Of a stretch of DNA of 64,000 bases, positions 11,555-23,514 are shown piece by piece. Under the pieces are notes generated by a model. It was not told where the DNA came from. It did no database searches and was given only the letters and a program-made list of their open reading frames with translations. The stretch's first letter is position 1; each line of letters opens with the position of its first letter. Origin of the DNA: Emiliania huxleyi CCMP1516 (lineage: Eukaryota); assembly GCF_000372725.1 (NCBI RefSeq), contig NW_005202428.1, positions 1,845,331 to 1,909,330 of the forward strand. The letters run 5' to 3'. Made by a program: the position numbers and the translations under genes.

Positions 11555-14500
11555 TCACCGCCGCTTCTTGGCTCCGGCCTGCTTGGTGGCGGCAGGCTCC
11601 GCCTCCGCGCGGCCGCCCTCCTCCTCTACCTCCTCTTCCTCCTCTTCCTCCGCCGCCGCCGCCGCCACCGCCGATCCGCCCTTGCGCTTGCGGCCAGACA
11701 AGCCAGAGGTCCCGCCGGCGGCACTGCTGCTGGCGGCGCCGGCGCCTCCAGAGAGGGCGTCCTCCAAGTGGTGCGGTGGCTGCTTCGGCCGCGTGCCGCC
11801 GCCGCCGGAAGGGGCCGAAACGGAGGGGCGAATGCCGGCCGCCTCGAGCGCGCTCGCAAGGTCGGCCTCGCACCTTGCGCGGTGGACAAGCCACGACGAA
11901 CGCCAGATGCGGTGGAACGCCCAGCCGGCCGACGCGAGAGCGCGCCCCTCCTTGATCGACTCGGACCACTCGGCGAGCGACGCGGCCGCGCCGCCGTCCA
12001 GGCAGACGCACAGCCGCCGGTCGTGCTGCTCGTCCTCGACGACGGCGGCGGAGCCGGCGACGGCGCAATCGGTGGTGAAGGCGAAGCCCCGCGCGTGCAG
12101 CCAAGCGTGCAGCTCGCCGTCGGCGGTGCCATCTGCAGTACCGCTGCCGCCGCTGCCGCCGCCGCCGCTCAGCGCCGATCGCCCCTCGACCTGCGACGAG
12201 AGGCGGAGCGAGGCGGCGGCGGGCTGGCCGGCGGCGGCGGCGGCGAACCGCTGGATCGTCCATTGCTTGAGGTCGTCGGGGTTGGGCACATCCGACGCGC
12301 GGAGCGAGCGGAACAGCACCATCCGGTCGCGCGCGCGAGAGAGGGCGACGTTGTACCGCTGCTCGTAGGTGCGGCCGAGCTGTGGCGGCGCGGCGCCCTT
12401 TGAGGCGACCATCGAGAGCAGTATCACGTCGCGCTCGTCGCCCTGGAAAGAGGTCGCGTCGCCGACGACCAGCCGGTGGCGCGCGAGCTGCGCGTCGGTA
12501 AGGCGTCCCAGCAGCAGCGAGCGGAGCAGCCGCGCTTGCTCGACGCCCGCGAGCGAGATGATGCCGACCGAGAGCCCCTCGAGCTCCGACGGTGAGCGCG
12601 CCAGCTGCGCCACGAGGTAGTCGACCAGTGCGCTCGCCTCCGCCGGGTTGACCTTCCCCTTCTTGGCGCCGCCCGGGACAAGGATGTCAACCAGCGCCGG
12701 CTCGAGGCGGCGTGAGCGCGGCGGCAGCCGGCGCGGCAGCAGCCGGCCGTGGTAAAAGTGCTCGTTGCTGAAGGCGATGCAGCCAGGCACGCAGCGGAAG
12801 TGCTGCTGCAGCGCGACGCGCGCGTCCGCGTAGCATGTCTGCGCGAGGTCGAAGACGGAGCGCTCCGGCAGCAGCTGCTCTATGTACGGGTGACGAGAGC
12901 GGAGGAGGCCCGCCTTGAGGTCTCCGATACGCGCCTCCGAGACGAAGGCCGCCGTGGGGGAGACCTAGGCGGCGGCGGGGGCGGGTGTGTGTGGGTGGGT
13001 GGGGGGGGGGGGGGGGGGCGAGGCGTGGGGGCGGATGCGCCACGCGACGGGCACGACGACGAACTGCCACGTCTCGTCCGCACTCGTTGCATCTCGGCCG
13101 CATCTCGGCCGCATCTCGGCCGCATCTTGCCTGCTTGCCGTCGCCGACGACGAGCACGCGGGTGGCGCGCAGCAGCGGAAGGACGGCGCCGACGTTGGAC
13201 TGCGACGCCTCGTCGATGACAACGAGGTCGAAAGAGCGCAGCGTGGCGGGCAGGCACTGCGACACGCGCCACGTAGGCATGATCCAACACGGCACCGACG
13301 CGGCGCAATCAGTGAGGGCGGCGGCGAGATCGGAACGGTACCGCGCCGAACGCGCGCCGTCCGGCGCCGCGCTGCTAGACTGCGAGACGGCCTACAGCCC
13401 AGGCAGCGAGACACACGCTTGGGAGAGGAGAGGCGTGGGCAGCGCGAGAGCCGCCGAAGAATGCGGCTGCCGACACGAGCCGCATGAGCCCGGCGCACGT
13501 TTCGGCGCTCATGCCCTCGCGAAGCGCTTGCTTGGCGGCGGCGGCGACCAGCGCACACACCGCCGACTCGCGCTCGAGGGTGAGCCGCCGCGCCGCGCCG
13601 CCCGCTGCGCGCGCCGCGCGGGCGTCCCGCGTCTCTGCCGCCTCGAGCGCGGCCGCGGCCGCCGCCGCCGCCCAGAGCCTGCGTGCGTCCGCCGGACACG
13701 CGTCTAGCACCAGCGGCGGCGCGGCGGCGCGGACGCCGGCACGTCCGCTGGCGCGGCCGTGCTGCGCCGCCGCCGCGGGCGGCGGCGGCGCTGCGGGCGG
13801 CGGGTCGGGGCGCAAGAGGCAGCCGGCCCACGCCGGGGCGTCGAGCGCGCGCGCCAGGACCTTGAGCTTCGCGACGTGGGAGAGGGCGGCGCGGGCGCTG
13901 AGCAGGCGCTCCCGCGCGCGGAGCACCCCCGCAGCGGCAGCGTCGCCAGACACATCGAGCGATCCGAGGGCGGTGACCGCGGCTCGCAGCGCGGCGAGAG
14001 GCGACTCACCAGCCGCCGCCGCCGCCGCCGGCGGGTCCGTCGCGTGAACGCTGAGCGTGCCGCCTCCAGCGCCGCCGCCGGCGGCGGTGCTGCGAGCGAC
14101 ATCGCCCGTGGCGGCGGCGGAGAGCGCTGCGGCGAAGGAGGCTGCAGCGGCGGCGGCGCTCGAGACGGAGGAGGGTGGCACGCCGGCGCCAGCCGCGCTG
14201 CCCGAGGAGGCGGCCGCGCGCTGCAGCTGCTCGAGGATGGCCTTTTGCTCGCGCTCGCACGCCTGAGGGAGGGGGGGGAGGGGGGGGGGGGGAGAGGGGG
14301 GGAGAGGGGGGTTGGGGAAGGGGCAGACTTGCGGCGTGTGTGTGGTGCAGATCTGGCGTGGACTCGGGCAATCTCGGGCAATCTCGGGCAATCTCGGGCG
14401 ATCTCCTGGAGCTCGTCGCTGTGGAGCTCGAGCGCCGTGTCGAGCGAGCTGATCGCGGTCGCGCAGTCGGCGGCCGAGCGCCACGACTGCAGCCGCGCGG

Positions 14501-17500
14501 CGGCGGCGGAGGAGGCGCCGCCCTCGCCCTCGGGGAGCAGCGCGCGGGACCACTGCGCCTAAAGAAATAGGGCGCGAGTCGTACACGGGGAGGGCGTGAG
14601 AGAGCGCAGCGCGCGAGCTCACCGAGACGCCCGCGGCCTTGGCGGCGGCGGCGGCGCACGCGCCGAGCCGCGGCACGTGGACGGCGCGCAGCAGTGCGCC
14701 CAGCCGGAGCGGGTCGGCCTGCAGGGAGGGGAGCGCCGGCAGGGGCGGGACCGAAGCGACGTACGCGTCTAACGCGGACCACTGCTCGCGCAGCGCCGCC
14801 GCCGCCGCCTGCCGCACGAGCCGCGAGATGCCGCCGAGATGCGACCGAGATGCCGCCGAGATGCGACCGAAGTGCGACCGAGATGCGGCCGAGAGATGCC
14901 GCCGAGATGCGACCGAAGTGTGACGGAGGTGTGGCCGAGAATGCCGCCGCCGCCTGCAGCTCGAGTCTCGCCTCGACAAGCCGCCACTCCGCCTCTGTCG
15001 CCGGGGGTCGGCCTCCGACCTGCACGTGCTCCAGCTCGGCGGCGAGCGTCTGGGACGGGCCTCCCTTGGCCGAGCGCCGGAGCCGGTCGAGCATCGATCG
15101 CTTGTGCGGGTGGGCGTGCCACCGCACCTCGAGCGAGATGCAGCCGAGATTCAGGGACAGCCGAGGGGCAGCCGAGGGGCAGCCGAGGTGCAGCCGAAGT
15201 GGCGCGCCTCGAGCGCCACCTCCGAATCGTCCAGCAACGAGGCGGCGTCAGTCACGCCGCCCTCACTCCGCGCGAGGCCTCCTCCTCCTCCTCCTCCTCC
15301 TCCTCCTCCGCGCGTGAGCATGCGGAGCAGCACCTCGGGCACTGTGACCCCCTCCGACGCGTCCACCGTCGCCGCGAGGGTGGAGACGAGGGAGGCGAGC
15401 TGCGCCGCCGACTCGAGCGTCTGGCGCGCCTGAAAAAGAAAACGCGGGCCCGTGCACTCTTCTTTTCTAGGTGCCGCCGCCTCGGGCGTCCGGCGCGCCG
15501 CGGCGTTGTCCGCGTGGCGCAGCATGCTAAGCAGCCACTTCCCGTCGTCCGGCGGCGGGCGGCCATCGGCGGGCGGCGCGGCGGAGACGGCGGCGATACG
15601 CGCCTCGAGGTCGGCGAGCGACACGCGCAGCTCGACTAGCCTCGAGCGGAGGGAGCGCGCCTCCGGGAGCGCCGCGATCTGCGGCACCTCGCCGCGCACC
15701 TAGAAAGGGTCCTAGAGGGTCCCTGGAGGGTCCCCGGAGCAGCGATCTGAGGCACCTCGCCGCGCACCGCCGCGCGCTCGATCTCGGCGCGGCGGCGGAG
15801 GCCGCGCGCGACCTCGTGCAGCCGCGAGGGGGAGAGGACCTCGAGTGCGGGCGAGCCTCCGCGCAACGCCTCGCCCCACAGCAGCGCCTCGCCGCTCGCC
15901 GCCCGCTCGGCGCGGATCTGCGCGAGGAGCGACTCCTGCGGCGGCGGCCGCCTCGCGTCGAGCCGCACGCCGCGGAGAAAGTAGGCGCGGCTGCGGGGCG
16001 CGTCGAGCGGGGCATGCCGCGCGTCCGCCTCGAGCGCCGCCGACACCGCCTCGGCCAGCTGCGTCGTCGTCGCCGCCTCAGGCTGGCTGAGGGAGAGCTC
16101 GGAGACCACCTCGCGGTGGAGGCTCAAGCCGGAGAGCGGACCCTCCCGCCCGTCGCCTCCGCCGCCGCCCGGCCCGCCTGCAGCCTGCGGGGGACATGTC
16201 GCGGACGTGTCAGGCGACATGTCGTGGGCATGCGCTGTCCCCCTCGCGCGCCCCGCCCGCCGCCTCGTGCGCGCGGGCAGCCTCGCCCGCACTCCCCTGC
16301 CGCGGAAAGTGCGGCGAGGCCCACCGCTCCTCGTCGTGACGCATCGACTCGAGCTCGGCAGAGAGAGACGCGACCTGTCACTCGTACCCAACTCTACTTC
16401 CAACGAACGATCCAACCACTTCCTTCAGAGAGAGAGACGCGACCTGCCGCCGCAGCCGAGCCGTCGCCGAGGCGAGCGCCGACGGCTGCGCCGCGGCGAC
16501 ATTGTCCGCCAAGTTCTCGACCGCGGCCTCGAGCCGCCGGAAGGAGGACGCGTCGGCAGAGCCGAGCGAGACGCACAGCTCGCGCACGCCTGCGGGCAGC
16601 TTCTGGCGCAGCACCTCCAGCGCCGGCTCGCCCTTTGAGGTGACGAGCACGCGCCGGCCCGTCGCGAGGTAGTGGCAAATCACGTTCGCGATCGTCTGCG
16701 ACTTGCCTGTCCCCGGGGGCCCGACCAGCACTGCGCAGCCCTTCTCCTCGAGCGTAGCCACCACCGCCTCCTGCTGCGCGTTGGACGGCAGCCCGAAGTA
16801 CAGAAACGGCCGCTGCTCGATGCCGCCGCCGCCGCCGCCTCCGCCGAGAGGCGTCGAGATTGCGCGGCGAAGGCGGGAGAAGATCGGCCACCGGTCCTCG
16901 GCGGCGGCGCCGGGCAGCGGCGGGGCGGGCGGGAGGCCGTACACGCCGACGAGCCGGCCCAAGGCGGCGGGGAGCGCCGCGGGCGGCAGAGCGCGGAGGG
17001 CGTCAGCGAGGGCGGTGGCGTCGTCGGCTACGCCGCGGTCCTGCGTCACGAACGCACCAGAGTCAGGGCGAAATGCGGCATCGGGCAGTGTACTCGGAGC
17101 AGCGCGTGAACACAGGAGCTACACGTGTAGTGAACACAGCTGACGACAGCCGGACACAGCCGAGAGCGTGTCCCGTGCCCCGCATCTAGGACCGCAGTCC
17201 GCCGCGTCGGCGCGCGTGAAGACGACAAATCCGTTGTACACGCGCGGGGAGGACTCGGGGGCGCCGTGCAGCGCTCCTGCAACCGCACAACGGACGGGGC
17301 GTGTGCGCACGGCGCCGTGCAGTGGACTCGCTCGCATCGCGTGGGCACAAGGGGCGATAGGCAGCTGCGAACGGCACCGCGGCGGCTGCTGCGAGTGTCT
17401 TGTCGCAGCGGCAGCGGCAGCGGTGGGGTGCAGGGGGGGTTCAAGTCCGGGTGGGGGCAGGAGGGTGAGCGTGCAGCAGTCTGCTTCTAGGGCAGCGCTC

Positions 17501-18439
17501 CCTTGGCGGTCGTGCGCGGCGGGCCGTCGACGTAGACGCCGTCGGCCGCGAGTGTCTGCGCCGCGCGCTGCAGAAGCGGCTCCCACGCCCGCCTACCAGG
17601 CGGGACCCGCTGTACTCGACTCGTCTCTCTGCTCACGGCGGGCGGCTGCGAGCTGCGCGCTTTGCGGTCGGCGGCGGCGGAGACGAGCCGAGCAAGCCGT
17701 AGGCGCGCGCGCACTCGTCGAGCAGCTTGAGCGCCGCGGCGACGCGCGGCACCTAGACAGGAAGGGCGTGCGCCCCTAGGGAGCGGAGGCTGTGAACCGG
17801 AGCACCTCTTGCGACGCGCGGCCGCACCCCTGGGAATGTCCACAGGGCGGGGGCGGAGGCGTCGGCCATGCGGACGCAATACGCGCCGGTGGCGTCGAGT
17901 TGCAGCTCCGCCGGCATCATCACCAGCGGGTGGTCAATCACGGTCGACGCGTCCACACGCCAGCGCACGAGGCCGACGCCGACGGTGAGCTGCGCGCCTC
18001 GCCCCTCGCGCAACGCCTCCTGGTGGGAGGAGAAGAGGGAGGCGTAGGCCGCACACGCCGCCTGGGCGGCCGGCGAGCGGTCGTCGTGGTCCGGCCGATG
18101 CAGCGACACCCAGCCATGCCGGGACGGCTCGGCAGCCGCGGGCACGTCATCCTCATCCGCCATCATCGCGACGACAGGCCGCTGCGCCTTGAGCTGCTTG
18201 CCGGTGGTGGGGTCGCGCGATGCGACGGTCCGCTTCGCCTCCTTCAGCTTGTCCAGGAAGCCCTCGTGCAGCATCACTCCGATGTCGTCACCAGCAGCCT
18301 TTGCGGCATCAGCAGGGCCGCGCAAGGCCAGGCGCGGCTCGAGGTCGCGGCGCGAGACCTCGTTGAGCTCCTTGGTGTACTCGACGAGCGCGATCAGCCG
18401 GCGAGCCGCCTCCTCCTGGTCCTGCGCGAGATCGCCCAT
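11555..18439 (-). CDS. Large superfamily-1 (UPF1-like, AAA_11/AAA_12) helicase with C-terminal Vsr/restriction-endonuclease-like domain (multi-exon)
   Basis: Walker A GPPGTGKSQTIAN, FDLVVIDEASQ, VVGDGKQ, QHFRC, FQGDERDVI and YNVALSRARD, followed by a CLDGG...AGWAFHRIWRSSW domain. N-terminus MGDLAQDQEEAARRLIALVEY. Confidence 0.85.
17041..17199 (-). mobile_element. Introner-like intron, family 1 copy A (GA-AG)
   Basis: GACTGCGGT-CCTAGA...GTGACGCAG|GACCGCGGC. Removal restores FTRADAA|DRGVADD. The body is similar to copies D and E. Confidence 0.75.
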
Positions 18440-18877
18440 CCAGGACACGGCTGAGCCAAAGTGGTTTTTCGAACCGCACCGCCCAAAACCTGCTGGAGAG
18501 CTGAATCAGGTTCCGCTGAGCTGCTGTGAGGCTCTAGGACTGCCTCTGCAAGGGGCCCCTCCAATCTCCTGCCCCACCGCTTGGTAGCAGGTAGCATCGA
18601 CGGGTGGCCTTGCCTCCCACATCGATGTGGGCGTAGGGGTTGAGTTGAGTAGTGCGTCATCTTGATTGAGGGAGGGCGCGCCGGTCAGGTTTTGGTTCCA
18701 GAATTTCATCAATGAGTGGAGAGTGCCGCCCAAGCAAGAAGTACACACACCTGGGGTGGGTGGAAAATTCCGAAGAGCGGGCGCGCATGGCACTAACAGC
18801 AGGCCGCTAATATTCTTATTGTTAGAGAACAGAAATTGGCCTACTCGGCCGAACTGCTGCAAAGCTTGCAGGTCCCC

Positions 18878-20033
18878 TCATACGTAGTGCTCCGCTCGAG
18901 CCGCGCCCTCGGTGCCGGCGGCGAGCGCGCGCGCCAGCGCCACGTGCAGGCGGTGCGACGCCTTGTGCGCCACCACGTGCGCGAGCGGCAGCTCGCCGAG
19001 CAGCGCCAGATCTCCGAGCAGGTCGAGCGTCTTGTGGCGCGCGGGCTCGTCCGGGAAGCGGAGCCCCTCCGCGTTGAGCCACCGCCGCTCGTCGCACACG
19101 AGGGCGTTCTCGAGCGAGCCCCCGAGGGCCAAGCCGGCCGCACGCGCCTACGGGCCGCGCCGCGGACGTGTCGGGGACGCGTCTGGCCAGCTGAGGCCCC
19201 AGGCCCGGCCGGCCGCGCCGCGTGCACGCCCTGCGTCGTCGCAAACGTGCGAGCGGGAGCGAGCTCCGCCTCGAAACGGTCGATCGCCGCAGTCGAGCGC
19301 CGCGCAGGCAGCGCGCCCTACGGGGCGTGTCCCGGTGTGTCCCGAGGCGCGCGCCCCCCTCGACGTGCCGCCGCTAAATCAGCGCGTCTGCCGCGGGTCC
19401 TACCCCCGCTCGGCTGTCGGTGTGCGCCGCGCCGACCGACCGGCCCGTCGGGGGCGGCCCGTGCACGCAGAAGGAGAAGCTCTGCCGCCCGATGGGCGCG
19501 AAGGCGCCAAAGTCGATCGTGTACGTCAGCCGTGGCGCGGCGGCGGGCATGGCGACGACCCACGCGTCGCCGTGGGCGGCCCAGACGGGCGCGCGCGGCG
19601 CGAGCGCCTCTGGCGCCGACGCGGTCGGCGCGAGTCCCGCCGCGCGGATCAGTTTTAGCCACGGCGCCGACGAGCCGTCGAGGATGGGCAGCTCTTGCGC
19701 ATCGAGTGCGACAGTGCAGGAGGAGACGCCGGCGCCGCAAAGCGCGGCGAGCAGGTGCTCGACGGTGCGAACGCCGCCGCCGCCGCCGCCGCCGCCGCCG
19801 AGCTCGGTGCTCAGCTCGGTCCCAGAGACGTCCGCCGGCGAGGCGCGCACTCTCGTCCCGGGCAGATCCGTCCGCACAAACGTGACGCCGCCTCCAGGAA
19901 AGCCCGGTCCGAGCCTCACGCGCACGAAGCGGCCGCTGTGGAGCCCGACGCCGCTCACGTCCGCAGTGCCGGCTAGCGTGAACGCGTGGCGGCGGCAGCG
20001 CCTGGGAGCGGCGGAGGGTCGGGGTCCGCGCAT
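18878..20033 (-). CDS. lpxC: UDP-3-O-acyl-N-acetylglucosamine deacetylase (lipid A pathway)
   Basis: [51 protein letters not shown] and KASHRLH, with introns. Start uncertain. Confidence 0.92.
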
Positions 20034-20277
20034 AAGGGGAAAATGTACTCGTCGCCCTGAATGGTTGGTTGCCCAGGTTACTCAGGACACGATCGCGCCG
20101 TGAACACAACTAACTGACGGATCCGCTCCTGACAGTCGCACGCGCCGTGCTGTGGCGCGTGCGACTGTCTTTGTTTGAAGTCAAAAGTCGAATCAGAGCG
20201 GTGTCGGCGTTGTCCTGAGTTTTCTCCCCCGGACCGCCCGTCCGGCACCGCTCCGGGACGCACGCCGGCGAAGCACC

Positions 20278-20527
20278 ATCAAGCTGCTGTACGGCCCCGG
20301 CATCGCCTTCCCAGGCTTAGTTAGACTGAGAGGTATTGTGCACATGGTTAGTCTCTACAATATATACACTGACACTGAACCTCCCAGAGCTCGTCCCGGT
20401 CCGTCACGGCCATCCTCGGCCTCCGGAGGGCCCCCGGCCGCGGCGCGGTGCGGCGGCGTCACAAATCCGACCACAGAGCACCGGGACGCGGTCGGGCGAT
20501 CTAAGGCCCAACTAGGCGTATGCATTG
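20278..20527 (+). repeat. Dispersed ~250-bp repeat, copy 1
   Basis: High-identity direct copy at 52530-52799 with the same left (ATCAAGCTG) and right (TATGCATTG) limits. Confidence 0.9.
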
Positions 20528-21364
20528 CCCGGAACTTGATTTCGCTGAGGTCGGCTGCCTACTTCTTTGCTCGGGGCAACCTCATGATGTCTCACCTCGG
20601 CACCGTTGGCGCTAGCTGGTCGGCGCTCTTCGTGACCGTGAGCATCCTTGGTGCTAGCACTGTCGTGCATGTGCGCAGCGTGGGTGGCCCTTCTCCAGTG
20701 CTCCTGCTGATGGCTTCCGCTCTTGCGGCTGTCTCCCTCAACTGCGGGGTGTGGCTGCATGCCTCGGTGAGCGTCCACCTAAGTGGGTGGATGCAACGTG
20801 GCGTTCCCCACTGCCCTGGACTAGCAGGAGTGCGCAAGACAGTCGACGCACCGTCTGAGCGGTTGCACGCGTGCCCTTGCCCTTAGTGGTGAGCGAGCCC
20901 AGCACCGTTGAAGTCAGAGTGCATCGGCTTCGGCACCATACCACTGAGAGAGATTTCAACACTGCAATCCCCGCACCCGTGTCACCCATCCGCATCCCCG
21001 CACACGCTGTGGACTCGCTGTACTATACTAAAGTCTATAGTCATATCTGTGGAGGCATGCGCGGGATTATTACCCGCTTCCGACGGGTCTCGACGACATC
21101 TTTTTCAAACACTAACCGCGTACGACAGTGTGTTGAAATGAAAAACTCTGGTACAATATGCACGAGCGAGCGCGACCGCGAGCGGATGTGTCCCAATGTG
21201 TCCCAGTGTCGAACGCTCCGGCGCACGCGCAGCTCTCTCGCGCGGTGTCGAGCGGTGTGCGTCCGTGTGGCCTATGGCTTTGGCGCGGGGGTGTGGTGTG
21301 GGGGCGTACACCTCGCTCGCTCTCCCTCGAGATGTCTCTCTGTGTAGGATCGCCGCACGCAAAA

Positions 21365-23514
21365 TCATCGCCTGCTCGTGCTGCCGGGCGTGAAGGTTTG
21401 CCGAATCGCGTCGAACCGCGTGATATTCCAGACGTCGGTCTGCGCGACCACGAGCCCCGTCACTGGTGAGACGTCGTACGAGATCTTGCCCGACCACGGA
21501 GAGATCTTTGGCCTCCACGGTAGCTTGAGCTCGCCCGACGCCACGTAAGTTGCCTCGATGGTCGCCCTCCCACTGCCCGCGGCCACCACACGCACGTGCA
21601 CGTTGTCGAGTTGCGACCGCGTGGGCTCAAAGAGGAAGCCCAGCGCCTGGCGGTATCTCGAAAGGCCGTCGACCGCGTTGTTTGGGTCGACAAAGCGGCA
21701 ATCGTCCGCGAAGAGGCTCGACGTCAGGTTGCCCGTCAAAATGTACCTCCCCTCGGAGAGGTCGCGCGCCTATTGGAAGATTCCGAGAAGGCTCCGGGGT
21801 TTCGTCGCCCTGCCCCGCGTCTCCTCTCCGTCGCGCGCCAGGGCGGCGGCGAGGTCGGCGGGTGCGAGCCCGATGCTCTTGGGCGCGGGATCGGCGGGTG
21901 CGCCGCCCCAGAGGAAGCCCCACTCGAACGGGCTGCGCCACGGCGCTCCCTCGCTCGGGTCCTGCAGCAGCGGCCAGTCGAGCTCCTCCCAGTCGGCGGT
22001 GAACTGGAACCAGAGGGCGGGCGTGCGGGCGAACTGGCGCAGCGTAAAGCGAGGAGCCTGCGAGACGCGTGGTGGCGCGTGAGGCAAGGCGAGCAGAGGT
22101 GAGGCGGCACCGCGGCCGCCTCTCGGCCGCACTTCGGGCCGCACCTCGGCCGCACCTCGGCCGCATCATCTCGCCCCGCCTCTCGACTACGGCCTCACGG
22201 AAATGAAGGGGAAGAACTCCTCGGCGACCGGGTCGCCCTGCCACGGCTCACCCCGCACCGCCGCCCAATGCCTCGCCAAGAAGTGCACCTGCCGCAGCCA
22301 GCACGGTGGGACGCGGCCGAGAGAGCCGAGAGAGCGCGGCCGAGAGAGCTGGCCGAAATGCCTGCCGCAGCCCGACGACCACGTCGAGCGGCGGCGGCAG
22401 CAGCGCCCACCACGCGTAGACTGGGAGGGTGGGAGGGAGGCAGCGGTGGAGACGACGCGGCGATGGGGGCGTAAGCAGTGGAGAGAGGCGGCGGGGGCGG
22501 AGGAGGGAGGCAGAGGTAGCAGTGGGACCTAGCCCCTCCGAGGGGCTAGGTCCCACTGCTGTCGGGAGATCTGACCTGGCGGCTCGAGCAGCGCCTCGTC
22601 CTTCGTCCAGAGCGGCCCGCTCTCCCCGTGCAGCTCGTTCACGCGGCGGTAGAGGTTGACCTGTGTCGCGGACGCGCCGTCAAAGCGCTGTCAAAGCACC
22701 GAGCGGCTTAAGCGCTGTCAAAGCAGGATCCAGCACATGGTGTATATGGCGCGGCAAATGCCACAGCAGGAGATACAGCGCGGCACCTGCCCCAGCAGGA
22801 TCCAGAGCGCACCGGCGTCGACCAGCAAGTCGGCGCCCGGCAGGCCGGCGAGCAGCCCTACGCCGCCGATCAGGAAGCTCCATACCTAGTGACATGGAGG
22901 CGCCTGGCTGTGATTGCCATGCGACGTCCGAGCGGCATGAGCCGCCTCCCACCGCCGCCGGCGAATACTCGCAGAGTGTGCAGACGCATCTAGGCGGCCC
23001 AACGAACGGGAAGAGCGTGCCGTAGCCACCGCAGCCAGTGGCGCGGCCGGAGCGGCGGAGCTCGTCGTGGAAGAGCTCCTGTGCACGACGCAGGAGGAGG
23101 TCTCTGGTGAGCGAGGCGAGCGGCAGAGGACGCGCGTGTCTCGCAAGTGCCACTCGCCTCCTCGACGGAAAACTTGTAGTACCCATACCAGCCCAGCGCT
23201 GTCGGCACGGACGCTGCGATGACGAGCCACACTGGCCGGGACAGCCCGGGCGTGCACGGTGGAGAGGTCAGCCGCTCCCACAGCGCTCGCCGCACTTCGG
23301 CGCTCTGCAGCGCATCGGAGGCGCACGGAAGAAGTGGTTGTGGACCGTCCTCCTCGCGAAGGCGGACATACTCGGCCACGGCCGGGATGAAGTTTGTCCG
23401 TGCGAAGAGGCCGTTGGCACCGCGGCAGAGTCGGTCGATGTAGTCAGAGCCCTTCGGAGGCGGGTAGCTGCCTATACGGGTAGCTGCAGCTATCGTCGCC
23501 TCGCCTTCCGACGC
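21365..23514 (-). CDS. Membrane protein of unknown function with C-terminal SnoaL/NTF2-like (DUF2358-like) domain (multi-exon; 5' end not resolved)
   Basis: Exons read GWYGYYKFSVEE|ELF..GCGGYGTLFPFV, WILLGQ|VNLYRRVNEL and AWWALLPPPLDVVVGLRQ|VHFLA, then TGNLTSSLFADDCRFVDP...LKLPWRP...QTDVW. Confidence 0.6.

Noticed and set aside
13375..16643. Many long overlapping Arg/Pro/Ala-rich ORFs as separate genes (also elsewhere in the window)
   Set aside because: Expected from stop-codon scarcity at high GC; the region is explained by exons and introns of the helicase gene.
11555..20033. Bacterial contamination or operon (helicase + lpxC)
   Set aside because: Both genes carry host-type spliceosomal introns and match the composition of neighbouring eukaryotic genes.
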